Shown in pieces: positions 18,223 through 28,744 of a DNA stretch of 64,000 bases. Position 1 is the first letter of the stretch. Each line of letters begins with the position of its first letter. The notes below the pieces were generated by a model. That model saw only the letters and a list, made by a program, of their open reading frames with translations. It was not told where the DNA came from and ran no database searches. The position numbers were made by a program, and so were the translations under genes. Source of the DNA: an uncultured Bacilli bacterium (GTDB lineage: Bacteria > Bacillota_I > Bacilli_A > RFN20 > CAG-826); assembly GCA_944349595.1 (NCBI GenBank), contig CALVNF010000002.1:4386-68385 (forward strand). Direction: 5' to 3'.

Positions 18223-18286
18223 TATTTTGATCAATTAATTTAAATGGGAATTACGTAAAAATAAGATAAGAAAGGTATTATTAAAC

Positions 18287-18916
18287 ATGAATAATGAAAA
18301 AGATATTAAAAATATATATTTTCTAGGTGATTCTATTACATATGGTCATGATGATTTAGTTCATGGAGGTTATGTAAATCAAGTTAGAAATGAATTAGAT
18401 CAAAATAAATTTAATATTATAAATTGTGGTGTAAGTGGTGATAGAGTAATAGATTTAATAAATAGACTTGATTATATATTTAATAAAGAAAGAAATAATA
18501 ATAGTGAATTAGTTTTTATTTTTATCGGGATTAATGATACAAATCTTGGTCTTAGCGAAGTTATTAGTCAAAATGAATTAAATTTTAGACTTAAACATTT
18601 TTATATTGATTATAAAGAATTAATTAATTTATTAATTAATGTATATCAAGTTAAAAAAGAAAATATTGTTTTATTAACATTAATTAATATAAATAAAGAT
18701 GAAATATATAATAATTATGGTCAATATTTTGATAATAAAGTAATTGAAAAATTTAATGAAGAAATATTAAAAATTAAAGATGAATATAATTTAGATAGTA
18801 TTAATTTATTTAATGAATTAAAAAAAGAAGATTTTTATGATGGACTACATCCAAATTATAATGGACATAAAATAATTAAAGATTTAATATTAAAATATAT
18901 TAAAAAGGAATATTAA
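18287..18916 (+). CDS. SGNH/GDSL hydrolase family protein
   Basis: Block I FLGDSITYG and block V DGLHPN. Confidence 0.75.
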   Translation: MNNEKDIKNIYFLGDSITYGHDDLVHGGYVNQVRNELDQNKFNIINCGVSGDRVIDLINRLDYIFNKERNNNSELVFIFIGINDTNLGLSEVISQNELNFRLKHFYIDYKELINLLINVYQVKKENIVLLTLININKDEIYNNYGQYFDNKVIEKFNEEILKIKDEYNLDSINLFNELKKEDFYDGLHPNYNGHKIIKDLILKYIKKEY

Positions 18917-18918
18917 TT

Positions 18919-19875
18919 ATGTGTACAGCAATAAAATTAAAATATAAAGATAATTATATTTTTGGTAGAAATTTAGATTTAGATTATCATTTTAATGAAA
19001 AATTAATACTATTAAATAAAAATTACAAATTCACTTTTAAATTTTTAAGTGAACAAAAATCTAATTATAATATGATGGGAATTGGAGCTTTAGTAAATAA
19101 TTATCCATTATTTTCTGAAGCAATGAATGAAAAAGGATTATGTATTGCAGGATTAAATTATCCACAAAACGCTTATTATTTTAATGAAATAAATAAAGAT
19201 AAAATTAATTTAGCACCTTATGAATTAATAATTTATTTATTAAATAATTGTTCAAATATTAACGAAGTAAAAGAAGTATGTAAAAATATTCAATTAATAA
19301 ATAAACCATTTTTAGATAATATGCCATTAAGTTATTTACATTTTTTAATTAGTGATAAAGATGGCTCGATTGTTTTAGAACCTGATAAAGATGGATTAAA
19401 AATATATGATAATATATTTGAAGTATTAACAAATAATCCTCCATTTACATATCATTTAGAAAATATTAAGTTATATTTAAATTTAACAAATAAATATTAT
19501 TCAAATAATTTAAATACAAATTATGATTTAAAACCATTTTGCATTGGAAGCAATGCTACTGGTTTACCAGGAGATTCTTCAAGTCCTTCAAGATTTATTA
19601 GAAGTGTTTATTTAAAAGAAAATTTATTAAAGAATATTTATGATAAAGACAATTTAATTAATGGGTTGTTCCATATATTTTCGAAAGTTAGCGTTATTAA
19701 AGGTGAAGCTTTAACAAGCGATAATAAAAGTGAAATTACAATTTATACATCAATTTTAGATCCAAAAAATATGACTTATTATATAAAAACATATGATAAA
19801 TTAGATTGTTTTGTTTGTAAATTTGATGATTATTTATCAAAATTTAGTGATATTTTAGCTTTAAATTTTAATTAA
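18919..19875 (+). CDS. Choloylglycine hydrolase / penicillin V acylase family (Ntn) amidase
   Basis: N-terminal MCTAIKL with the Cys2 nucleophile, and FGRNLD at the CBAH family positions. Confidence 0.7.
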   Translation: MCTAIKLKYKDNYIFGRNLDLDYHFNEKLILLNKNYKFTFKFLSEQKSNYNMMGIGALVNNYPLFSEAMNEKGLCIAGLNYPQNAYYFNEINKDKINLAPYELIIYLLNNCSNINEVKEVCKNIQLINKPFLDNMPLSYLHFLISDKDGSIVLEPDKDGLKIYDNIFEVLTNNPPFTYHLENIKLYLNLTNKYYSNNLNTNYDLKPFCIGSNATGLPGDSSSPSRFIRSVYLKENLLKNIYDKDNLINGLFHIFSKVSVIKGEALTSDNKSEITIYTSILDPKNMTYYIKTYDKLDCFVCKFDDYLSKFSDILALNFN

Positions 19876-19943
19876 ATTAAAAAATAACAAGATAAATTTG
19901 ACAATATTGTTAATTTTTTTCAAATAAATTTAAACCTTTTTTT

Positions 19944-19978
19944 AAAAAAAATATTGAGGTTTTGCAGAGTTTTTTGAT
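19944..19978 (+). repeat. Copy B of the dispersed ~30-bp repeat, intergenic upstream of the LysR gene
   Basis: aaaaaaatattgaggttttgcagagttttttgatat. Confidence 0.8.
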
Positions 19979-20042
19979 ATATAGTTTTTAAAACTAAGTA
20001 AAATTGTTGCGAATATTGTTATTTTTATTTATACTTTTTTAT

Positions 20043-20960
20043 ATGTTAAGTAAAGAATTTAAAAACTTTATGGTAGTTGCAGAAGTTTTGAGCTTCTCAA
20101 AGGCTGGCGAACAATTATTCATATCACCAGTTGCAATCATGAAGCAAATTAACTCATTAGAAGAAGAATTAAAATTGCAATTATTTATAAGAGCAAACAA
20201 AGGACTAGAATTAACAAAAGCTGGACAAGCTTTATATAATTCCGGGAAGTATATTAGCAATTTTTGTAAAACTGCTTTATTAAGTGCAACATCGGCTCAA
20301 TACGGAGATACAACTGATTTAGTAAGAATTGGAATTTCTTTAATGACTCCTGCTAATTATATTTTTGATGTGTGGAGTAAAAGTCCGGTTTTAAAAGATA
20401 AATTTAAAATTGAAATAATACCTTATAATAATGCCTTAGATTATGGAAATGCTATTTTAACTGAATTAGGAAAAAATATTGATGTTATTTTTGGTATTTT
20501 TGATGAAAAAATAATTGAGAGAGATAAGTTGTGTAATTATTTAAAACTAAAAGAACTTGAAATGAAATTTGCAGTTCCAATTAAAAATCCATTATCAAAT
20601 AAAATTTTATTAACACTTAATGATATTAAAGGCGAAACAATATTAATGGTTAAAAAAGGTATAAATAGTTATGTTGATTTATTAAGAAAATACCTAACTA
20701 ACAATGATGTTGAAATCTCTGATGTTGATTTCTTTAATTTTAAATCTTATGAAGCTGCAAATAGAACTGGTTTTCCAATTGTTAGTTTTGAAAATTGGAG
20801 AGATATACATACAAATTTAAACTTAATTAGTTTTGAAAAATCTTTTAAAGTTCCATATGGCGTAATGTATGCCTTAAATCCAAATCAAAATGTTAAAGAA
20901 TTTATAAAAACAGTATCTGAAATGAAAGATACAATATCTAAAATTTTAAAATTTAATTAA
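20043..20960 (+). CDS. LysR-family transcriptional regulator
   Basis: N-terminal HTH FMVVAEVLSFSKAGEQLFISPVAIMKQINSLEEELKLQLFIR is the LysR signature. The start is placed at the ATG at 20043 (MLSKEF...). Confidence 0.75.
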   Translation: MLSKEFKNFMVVAEVLSFSKAGEQLFISPVAIMKQINSLEEELKLQLFIRANKGLELTKAGQALYNSGKYISNFCKTALLSATSAQYGDTTDLVRIGISLMTPANYIFDVWSKSPVLKDKFKIEIIPYNNALDYGNAILTELGKNIDVIFGIFDEKIIERDKLCNYLKLKELEMKFAVPIKNPLSNKILLTLNDIKGETILMVKKGINSYVDLLRKYLTNNDVEISDVDFFNFKSYEAANRTGFPIVSFENWRDIHTNLNLISFEKSFKVPYGVMYALNPNQNVKEFIKTVSEMKDTISKILKFN

Positions 20961-20961
20961 A

Positions 20962-21609
20962 ATGGATTTATATTTTTATATAAAAAATAAATTAACTAAT
21001 AAAAATAAAATAAAAACAAAAGATTTAGATGAAATTTCTAAATATATTATAAAAAATAATTTAGATGTTAGTGTTTTAAGACCTTTTGTAATTAAAGAAG
21101 ATTATTTATTTAATCGAATTTATTTTCAAGTTTCATTATATTATTTAAAAGATGATTTTAATAAACAACTTGATTTTATTAAAAATAATTTAAACAATTT
21201 AAATGATTGGTGGCACGTTGATCAAATTAATCAATTTTTAAATAATGTAAATATAAATTCTTTATATGAATTTGCAAAATATTTAATTAATAATTATAAA
21301 GAAGAATTTATTGTAAGACTTGGTTATGTTTTACTTTTAAAAGATGTATACAAAAATATTGATTATCTTGATAAAATTTTTAAATTATTTAAAGATGATG
21401 ACCAATATTATGTAATAATGGCTGAGGCTTGGTTAATTTCTTTTTTATATATGAAATTTCCAAGCAAAACCTACATATTTTTGAAAAATTCACCATTAAA
21501 TTTAAATATAAAATTAAAAGCAATCTCAAAAATAATTGACTCATTCCAAGTTAATGATGATGAAAAAACTAAGATAAAAAAATTAAGACTTGAACTAAAA
21601 AATAAATAA
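20962..21609 (+). CDS. Hypothetical protein, possible DNA alkylation repair (AlkD-like HEAT-repeat) family
   Basis: NDWWHVDQI resembles the DNWDLVD motif of AlkD-type glycosylases. Predicted all-helical and about 215 aa. Confidence 0.35.
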   Translation: MDLYFYIKNKLTNKNKIKTKDLDEISKYIIKNNLDVSVLRPFVIKEDYLFNRIYFQVSLYYLKDDFNKQLDFIKNNLNNLNDWWHVDQINQFLNNVNINSLYEFAKYLINNYKEEFIVRLGYVLLLKDVYKNIDYLDKIFKLFKDDDQYYVIMAEAWLISFLYMKFPSKTYIFLKNSPLNLNIKLKAISKIIDSFQVNDDEKTKIKKLRLELKNK

Positions 21610-21664
21610 TATTTATTTATATTATATAAATAAATGATAAAATATTTTAGACGAGGTGATTAAA

Positions 21665-22417
21665 ATGAAAAAATTTACATTTGTAATGATTAGACACGGT
21701 GAAAGTGAATGGAATAAATTAAATTTATTCACTGGATGGACTGATGTTGATTTAAGTGAAAATGGAGTTAACGAAGCTAAAAACGGCGGTAAATTATTAA
21801 AAGAAGCTGGTTTTGAATTTGATATTTGTTATACATCATTTTTAAAAAGAGCAATTCATACAGCAAATCATGTTTTAGAAGAAATGGATGAAGAATACAT
21901 CCCAGTTATTAAAGATTATCGTTTAAATGAAAGACACTATGGTGCTCTTCAAGGTTTAAATAAAGCAGAAACAGCTGAAAAATATGGTGAATCTCAAGTT
22001 AAAATTTGGAGAAGAAGTTATGATGTTCAACCTCCAGCATTAAAAGAAGATGATCCAAGAAATCCTGCTTTACAAAGACATTATCGTACAATTGATAAAA
22101 AAGATTTACCATTAACAGAATCTTTAAAAGATACTGTTGCAAGAGCAGTTCCATATTTTAATGAAGTAATTTTAAAAGATATTTTAGCTGGAAAATCAGT
22201 TTTAATTGCAGCTCACGGTAATTCACTTAGAGCTTTAGTTAAATATTTAGATAAATTAAGTGATGAAGAAATTGTTGCAGTTAATATTCCAACCGGTGTC
22301 CCATTAGTTTATACAATTGATGAAAATTTAAATGTTTTAGATAAGCATTATTTAGGAGATCAAGAAGCAATTAAAGCAAAAATGTCTGCAGTAGCAAATC
22401 AAGGAAAAGCTAAATAA
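21665..22417 (+). CDS. gpmA: 2,3-bisphosphoglycerate-dependent phosphoglycerate mutase
   Basis: [10 protein letters not shown] catalytic His motif and the full dPGM signature ([16 protein letters not shown]). Confidence 0.9.
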   Translation: MKKFTFVMIRHGESEWNKLNLFTGWTDVDLSENGVNEAKNGGKLLKEAGFEFDICYTSFLKRAIHTANHVLEEMDEEYIPVIKDYRLNERHYGALQGLNKAETAEKYGESQVKIWRRSYDVQPPALKEDDPRNPALQRHYRTIDKKDLPLTESLKDTVARAVPYFNEVILKDILAGKSVLIAAHGNSLRALVKYLDKLSDEEIVAVNIPTGVPLVYTIDENLNVLDKHYLGDQEAIKAKMSAVANQGKAK

Positions 22418-22419
22418 AA

Positions 22420-23688
22420 ATGAATATTGTTAATAAGGTTCGTGGAAAAAATTTAAAATCTCCTAATAAATTATTTTATTGCATACTTGGTTATGTAATG
22501 AAACCAATTTTGAATCACCAATATAATGTTCATTATAATTACATTACTGATCCAAGAAAAGATGATGGACCTTTTATTATTGTTGCAAATCATGCATCAA
22601 GGGTTGATTATTTGTATACAGCATTTCCAATGTTACCAAAAACTTGTAATTTTGTCGCAGGTTATAATGAGTTTTTTAGAAGTCATTTACATTTTATTTT
22701 TTCTGCTGCACAAGTAATTTCAAAAAAGAATTTTGTTACAGATGTTTATGCCGTTAAACAAATTATGAATATTATTAAAAAAGGTGGAAGAGTAATTTTA
22801 TTCCCAGAAGGTATGTCATCAATTTCTGGACATAATCAACCTGTTGCAATTGGAAGTGGAAAATTATTAAAGGCTCTTGGTGTACCGGTTTATTCTTGCA
22901 TTATTAAAGGTGGATATTTATCAAATACTAAATATTGTCTTGATGTAAGAAGAGGTAGAGTTGATGTTGACATTGATTTGATGTTTTCTAAAGAAGATTT
23001 AGAAAATCATAATGCAGATGAAATTCAAGATTTATTAAATGAAAAATTATATCATGATGATTTTGAATGGAATAAAAAAGAAAGAATTGCTTTTGATACT
23101 CATGGTGAAGTATGTAAAAACCTTCATCAATTATTATATTATTGTCCAAAATGTCATCATGAATTTGAAATGCATGGTGAAAAAGATAAGTTATATTGTA
23201 AACACTGTGGAAATACCGTTACAATAAATGATTATTATGATATTATCAAAACAAGTGATGATACTGTTGCTCCTGAAACAATCTCAAAATGGTTTGATTT
23301 AGAAAGAGAAGTAACTAAAAAATATTTAAAAGAACATCCAGATTATTATTTTAAAGAAAAAGCAAAACTCGGTGTTCTTCCAAAAAATAAATATTTAACC
23401 AAACAATTAACTAGTAAAATTGATGGTGAAGGTTATATTTCAATTTCTAAAGATGGTTTTGATTTCGTTGGAAAAAAACACGGTGTAGATTTTTCTTTCC
23501 ATTTAGATCCATTAGAATTTCCAACAATCGGAATGGTAACTGATACTTCTAAATTTGCTGTTTATTATGATGGTGAATTTTATGAAATTTTACCTGAAAA
23601 TAAATCTACAATTAAATGGTTATTTTTAGTTGAAGAAACTCACAGATTAAACGGCGGTAAATGGCAAGATTTTAAATTTAAAAAATAA
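22420..23688 (+). CDS. PlsC/LPLAT-family acyltransferase with C-terminal extension
   Basis: VANHASRVD (HX4D) and FPEGMSS motifs. A C-terminal CxxC...CxxC region follows. Confidence 0.6.
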   Translation: MNIVNKVRGKNLKSPNKLFYCILGYVMKPILNHQYNVHYNYITDPRKDDGPFIIVANHASRVDYLYTAFPMLPKTCNFVAGYNEFFRSHLHFIFSAAQVISKKNFVTDVYAVKQIMNIIKKGGRVILFPEGMSSISGHNQPVAIGSGKLLKALGVPVYSCIIKGGYLSNTKYCLDVRRGRVDVDIDLMFSKEDLENHNADEIQDLLNEKLYHDDFEWNKKERIAFDTHGEVCKNLHQLLYYCPKCHHEFEMHGEKDKLYCKHCGNTVTINDYYDIIKTSDDTVAPETISKWFDLEREVTKKYLKEHPDYYFKEKAKLGVLPKNKYLTKQLTSKIDGEGYISISKDGFDFVGKKHGVDFSFHLDPLEFPTIGMVTDTSKFAVYYDGEFYEILPENKSTIKWLFLVEETHRLNGGKWQDFKFKK

Positions 23689-23709
23689 ATTATAGAAGAA
23701 GAGTGATAT

Positions 23710-24543
23710 ATGAAATATAAAATTATTGTTGATTCTTCTAGTAATCTTTTATCAAATTACATAAAAGACGATGAAATTGGCTTTGAAGTCGTTCCACTAA
23801 CAATACGAGTGGGAGATAATGTTTTTGTTGATAATGACTTATTAAATATTGATAAGATGCTAGAAGTTATGGAAAAATCATCTAGTAAATCGACGTCTGC
23901 TTGTCCTAGCCCTTTTGAATTCGAAAATTCTATAAAAGAAGCTTCAAATAGTATTATTATTACAATTTCAAGTAAATTATCAGGTTGCTATAATAGTGCT
24001 GTTTTAGCTAGTAAAAGTTTTGAAAACACTGATAAAAATGTGTTAGTATTAGATTCAAAAGCTACAGCTGGTACAATGATTTTATTAGTTGATAAAGCTT
24101 ATGAATTAATGAAAAAAGATATTCCATGGGATGAATTTGTACAAGCTATGAACGAATATCGAGATTCATTAGAATTATTATTTGTCTTAAATAAATATGA
24201 TAACTTAGTTAAAAACGGTCGTATGTCAAAAGCAGTTGCATTTATTGCAAAAGCTTTAATTATCAAACCTTTATGTGTTGCAAATAATGGTGAAATAAAA
24301 ATTCAAGAAAAAGTTAGAACTTTTAAAGGCGTTTTAAAAAGATTAGTCTTTAATATCGGTGTTTTAGTTAAAAATACTGAAGAAAGAATTTGTGTAATTT
24401 GTCACACAAGAAACAAAGATGATGCTAATTATTTAAAAGAAATGATTAATTCTCATTATAAATTCAAAGATGTTAGAATCGTTGAAAATCGAGGATTGTG
24501 TGCATTTTATGCTGAAGATAAAGGTTTAATTGTATCATTTTGA
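23710..24543 (+). CDS. DegV family fatty-acid-binding protein (FakB-like)
   Basis: N-terminal KIIVDSSSNL, and KSTSACPSP in place of the KTSQPSPG motif. Confidence 0.75.
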   Translation: MKYKIIVDSSSNLLSNYIKDDEIGFEVVPLTIRVGDNVFVDNDLLNIDKMLEVMEKSSSKSTSACPSPFEFENSIKEASNSIIITISSKLSGCYNSAVLASKSFENTDKNVLVLDSKATAGTMILLVDKAYELMKKDIPWDEFVQAMNEYRDSLELLFVLNKYDNLVKNGRMSKAVAFIAKALIIKPLCVANNGEIKIQEKVRTFKGVLKRLVFNIGVLVKNTEERICVICHTRNKDDANYLKEMINSHYKFKDVRIVENRGLCAFYAEDKGLIVSF

Positions 24544-24565
24544 TAACAATAAATAAAAAAGATTT

Positions 24566-25285
24566 ATGATAAGTGATGAAAGACTTAATGTAATATTAAA
24601 ATCGGCAATATCTGGTATATTTGCTGGTTTTTTCATTGCTTTAGGTGGCATTTCTTATATTTTTTGTTTAGCTTATATCAGTGACCAAGGACTTACAAAA
24701 GTTTTAGGATCATTAATTTTTACAGTTGGTTTATTTTTTGTTTGTGTTCTTGGTGTCTTTTTATATACCGGGAGAATCGGTTATGTTTTTGAAAAAGATG
24801 ATTATAAATTTACTAAATTAATAACGATGCTTTTATTTAATTTACTTTCAGCATATTTATTTGGTTTAGTTTGTTATTTTATTTTTCAAAATGATACAAA
24901 TTTAATAAATAGTGTTAATAATTTAACTTTAAATAAGATTAATTTTTTAACTGATTATTATTTGCCATTAAAATTAATGGCAAAAGGATTTTTGTGTGGA
25001 GCATTAGTATTTATTGCAACTTATATTTATAAGTTTTCAAAAACTGCTGTTTTTAAATATCTTGGAATTGTAATTCCAATTTTTATATTTGTTCTTTGCG
25101 GTTTTGAACACTGTATTGCAAATGCTTTTTATTTCGGATTTAGTTTTGTATTTGATTGGTTTGCATTATTAAATTTAGTACTAGTAATCATATTTAATTC
25201 ATTAGGATCTATTGTATTTTATTTAGGCTTTAAATTTATTAATGTAAAAATATTAGATAAGAAAGATGAAAAAAACAAAGAATAA
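24566..25285 (+). CDS. Formate/nitrite transporter (FNT) family-like membrane protein
   Basis: Six TM helices, with LFTGR at the FNT LFTGN-like position. Assignment is tentative. Confidence 0.4.
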   Translation: MISDERLNVILKSAISGIFAGFFIALGGISYIFCLAYISDQGLTKVLGSLIFTVGLFFVCVLGVFLYTGRIGYVFEKDDYKFTKLITMLLFNLLSAYLFGLVCYFIFQNDTNLINSVNNLTLNKINFLTDYYLPLKLMAKGFLCGALVFIATYIYKFSKTAVFKYLGIVIPIFIFVLCGFEHCIANAFYFGFSFVFDWFALLNLVLVIIFNSLGSIVFYLGFKFINVKILDKKDEKNKE

Positions 25286-26348
25286 GTTTTTATTTACAAA
25301 TTTATTATTATTTTCAATAAGTTTGATTAGTTCGTGTGGAAATAATGATAATCATGAAATAAGTGAATACATGTTGAAATTAGAATTAAATAATCCTAAT
25401 TTTAAAATTATGCAATTAAGTGATATTCATTTAGGATTAGAAAGTAATTTAGATGAACAATTTGAATATTTAGAAAATAATATTAAAAATTGTGATCCAA
25501 ACTTAATTGTAATTACTGGTGATACATTTTTATTTTCAAATGAAAATATAATTAATTCTTTTTTTGAATTCTTAGATAATACTTGTAAAGAATTGTCAAC
25601 AAATTCTAAAAAGATGTATTATACTTTCACATATGGAAATCATGATAATCAAGGAGATTATTATTCATATTTTATTAATGATACGCTAAATTCTTATGCT
25701 TCTAAGGATGACACAAATTGTTTATTTGTTGATTTTATGAATGATGATTTACCAGGTTATACAAATTTTACAATCGATTTAAATTACAATAATGATTTAA
25801 AATATCGTTTATATATAATTGATTCAAATTCATATTATTATAATAATTTAGTTTATGATTATGATGTCATTAAAGATGAACAATTAACTCATTTTGAAAA
25901 CATTTATAAAAATACAAGTGATAAAGATTTTATTGGCTTAGCTTTCTTTCATATTCCTTTATATGAATATGTTGACGCAAATAACATTGTAACTAATAAC
26001 AAAGAAAATAGTGATAGTTATCCAAAAGTATTAAGTCATACTGGTTTTTATCTTGAAGAGTCAGCTCCAGGATATACCGATGAATTTCATCCTTTTGATA
26101 GATTATATAATATGAATGTAAGAATGTTTTTTGCCGGGCATGACCACTTAAATAATGCAAATTCATTATTTAAAAAATCTGAAGATAAACAGGAAGTTAT
26201 TTTATCTTATGCTGTTAAGTCTACAAATCAAATATATCATAACGAAAATGCTCTTGGATATAAGGAAATAAATTTGAATTTAAATGATGACAAAAATGTT
26301 GTTAGTTTAAGTCAAATTAGAAATGTGTATGTAGATTATGAAAACTAG
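25266..26348 (+). CDS. Lipoprotein metallophosphoesterase (calcineurin-like)
   Basis: Lipobox LISSC. Phosphoesterase motifs IMQLSDIHLG, ITGDTF, GNHDN and AGHDHLNN. Confidence 0.7.
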   Translation: MKKTKNKFLFTNLLLFSISLISSCGNNDNHEISEYMLKLELNNPNFKIMQLSDIHLGLESNLDEQFEYLENNIKNCDPNLIVITGDTFLFSNENIINSFFEFLDNTCKELSTNSKKMYYTFTYGNHDNQGDYYSYFINDTLNSYASKDDTNCLFVDFMNDDLPGYTNFTIDLNYNNDLKYRLYIIDSNSYYYNNLVYDYDVIKDEQLTHFENIYKNTSDKDFIGLAFFHIPLYEYVDANNIVTNNKENSDSYPKVLSHTGFYLEESAPGYTDEFHPFDRLYNMNVRMFFAGHDHLNNANSLFKKSEDKQEVILSYAVKSTNQIYHNENALGYKEINLNLNDDKNVVSLSQIRNVYVDYEN

Positions 26349-27294
26349 TAAAAAAGATTTAACATTTATTTTTGGAATTGAAATTATTTTATTAATTCTT
26401 TTAACAATTTCAATCTATAATTTATTAAAAATGGCTACAGTTTATATTACTAGTCATTATCAAAATACAATTCCAGTTATTGGAAGTGTAATAATGTATT
26501 TAATGCCAATTGTTTTTTATATATTCCATATAAAAAGATCAAAACATAAAGAATTTAGTAAAATTGGTGCAATAATTTATGTAAGTATTACAAGTATATT
26601 AATTTTAACTGGATTAATAATGATTTTGATGAGCTTTAATTATTTTTGGAATAATAACAACAATGGTAATTATGTCAACTTTGGATTTTTACCTCTCCCA
26701 ATTGATATGATAATTTATAGTGTAATTATGCTTTTATTAAATGTTTCATTAATTTATAAAACATTTAAAAATAATGAAAAATTAAATTATTATTATGAAT
26801 TATTTAATGCCTATGATGTAATTTCTTATAAAACATTTAATATTATTTTTTCAATTATTTTATTATTAATTTCTGGCTGTTATTTTGGAATGTTTTTTGC
26901 AAGCTTTAATTCGTTAAAAAATGTTTTAATAAATGCAAATTATATTTTCTTAATATTTGCCGTTTTAATTCCTTTTTATAATATAATTTATTTTACTTAT
27001 AACTATTTTAAAAATAAGACATATAAAAGTAATTTAATTTATACAATAATTACTATTAGTTTAAATTTCTTATTCTTAATTATATTTTTAATTTTAGAAT
27101 TAACAAGTCCAAATTTTGTTGTTCAAGTTGGAAAGCCTTTATTTTTAATTGATTTTGCTTTAAGTATTCCGGTTGGAAGTTATATTTTAGTTTTTGATTT
27201 ATTATTTACTTTAATAATTTCTGTAATTTCTTTAGTTAAACTAATTAGATCAAAAAAATCATCAAATAAAATAGAAGAATCAACAAATAATTAA
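26338..27294 (+). CDS. Hypothetical polytopic membrane protein
   Basis: About eight hydrophobic segments and no recognised motif. Confidence 0.5.
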   Translation: MKTSKKDLTFIFGIEIILLILLTISIYNLLKMATVYITSHYQNTIPVIGSVIMYLMPIVFYIFHIKRSKHKEFSKIGAIIYVSITSILILTGLIMILMSFNYFWNNNNNGNYVNFGFLPLPIDMIIYSVIMLLLNVSLIYKTFKNNEKLNYYYELFNAYDVISYKTFNIIFSIILLLISGCYFGMFFASFNSLKNVLINANYIFLIFAVLIPFYNIIYFTYNYFKNKTYKSNLIYTIITISLNFLFLIIFLILELTSPNFVVQVGKPLFLIDFALSIPVGSYILVFDLLFTLIISVISLVKLIRSKKSSNKIEESTNN

Positions 27295-27327
27295 GTTTAA
27301 TTACTAAATTAAAAATAAATATCTAAT

Positions 27328-27358
27328 AAAAAAGAAGATTTGGAATCTTCTTTTTATT
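27328..27358. terminator. Bidirectional rho-independent terminator
   Basis: Stem aagaagatt / aatcttctt with loop tgg, flanked by an A-run and a T-run. It lies between the convergent genes ending at 27294 (+) and 27381 (-). Confidence 0.7.
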
Positions 27359-27380
27359 TATGTTTATAAAATTTAGTCAA

Positions 27381-28673
27381 TTATTTAATTTTTCTTAAAA
27401 TTAATGGTTCGCTAACTTTATAACCTTCTTTAATGGTAATAGTTTTGTTGGTAATTAAATTTTTATATTTACCAAAATATTTTTCTTCTTTAAATTCAAG
27501 GCTAGAATTAGTTTTTGATAAATTAAAAATACCTAATAAATGACTTTGATCTTCAAAAACATTATCTACGATAAATAATTCTTCATCGGATTTTTCATTT
27601 TGAATGACAGAACTTGTTAATAATTTTTTATTTTTTCTATTGTGTTTTAACTCAATCATTAATTTAACAAATTCAACATAGTCTTTGTTTTCATCATTAA
27701 TATCTAATGAAATAACATCTTTATCAAACAATGATGGTTTATTTGTATTTAGTGTTTCTTGTCCAGCATAAATAAAGCCGGTTCCTTTTAAGAAAAATGA
27801 ATATGCTAATAAATTTCTCAATTGTTGTTTATCTAAAAATTTAGCTAATCTTTCTTGATCATGATTTTCAAAAGATCTAATTCTTAAAGCATTTGATGGA
27901 AGTAGAGCTTCTTCAAAATACATATAATCTTTATATTCTTTAATATCTTTATTTAATTGAATGTAGTCTTTTAAAAATGGGAAACTATCATAATTATATA
28001 ATAAATCAAAATATTGATATAATTCTGCATCACAATCAGCAACATAATTTTGACTTCTCATAAAATTCGTAAAATTATATTCAATTGCTTCACCTAAGAA
28101 AATAATATTTCTATTAACCTTATTTAATTTTTTTCTGGCTAATTTATAAAAAGACATTGGAATTAATGAACAGACATCAAATCTAAAGCCATCAACACCC
28201 ATTTTTGCCCAATATACTAAGTTATCTGATAAATATTCATCTAATTCTTTATTATGAACCATATCATAAACATCTGTCCAATCACCAGCTTTTGATGTAT
28301 ATTTTCCATCTCTTTTAAAAAACCATTCTGGATGTGTTTTAAATAATAATGAATCTCTTGAAGTATGGTTAAAAACAATATCCATCATTATTTTCATTCC
28401 ATGGTTATGTGTTTCATTAATTAATTCTTTAAAATCATCTAATGTTCCTAATTCTTTTGCGATAGAATAATAATCTTTAATTGAATAAGGACATCCAAGA
28501 CTTCCTTTATGGCCTTCAATTCCAATTTCATGAATTGGTAATAAGTATAAAATATCCGTTCCAAGTGATTTAATGTAGTCTAACTTTTCAATTACTTGTT
28601 TAAATGTTCCTTCTTTTGAAAAGTTTCTGACATAAACTTGATAAATTGTTTGTGTTTTTAATTCGTTTTTCAT
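27381..28673 (-). CDS. GH13 alpha-amylase family glycoside hydrolase
   Basis: GH13 regions DIVFNHTS, GVDGFRFDV, FLGEAI and FENHDQ. Confidence 0.85.
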   Translation of the reverse strand: MKNELKTQTIYQVYVRNFSKEGTFKQVIEKLDYIKSLGTDILYLLPIHEIGIEGHKGSLGCPYSIKDYYSIAKELGTLDDFKELINETHNHGMKIMMDIVFNHTSRDSLLFKTHPEWFFKRDGKYTSKAGDWTDVYDMVHNKELDEYLSDNLVYWAKMGVDGFRFDVCSLIPMSFYKLARKKLNKVNRNIIFLGEAIEYNFTNFMRSQNYVADCDAELYQYFDLLYNYDSFPFLKDYIQLNKDIKEYKDYMYFEEALLPSNALRIRSFENHDQERLAKFLDKQQLRNLLAYSFFLKGTGFIYAGQETLNTNKPSLFDKDVISLDINDENKDYVEFVKLMIELKHNRKNKKLLTSSVIQNEKSDEELFIVDNVFEDQSHLLGIFNLSKTNSSLEFKEEKYFGKYKNLITNKTITIKEGYKVSEPLILRKIK

Positions 28674-28744
28674 AAATAAAATTAAATTTTCCTCCTTTAA
28701 TATTTTACTATTTTATTCAAAATTTGTATTAAAATATTACTTGT

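Noticed and set aside
19944-19990. Dispersed repeat as a sigma70 or sigma54 promoter
   Set aside because: TTGAGG could pass for a -35 box, but no consistent -10 follows across copies. The GG/GC spacing is wrong for sigma54. Two copies lie inside CDSs and two abut stop codons in the opposite orientation.
22526-23227. Listed 62-63-aa plus-strand ORFs inside the acyltransferase gene
   Set aside because: Alternate-frame ORFs within a CDS that has HX4D acyltransferase motifs.
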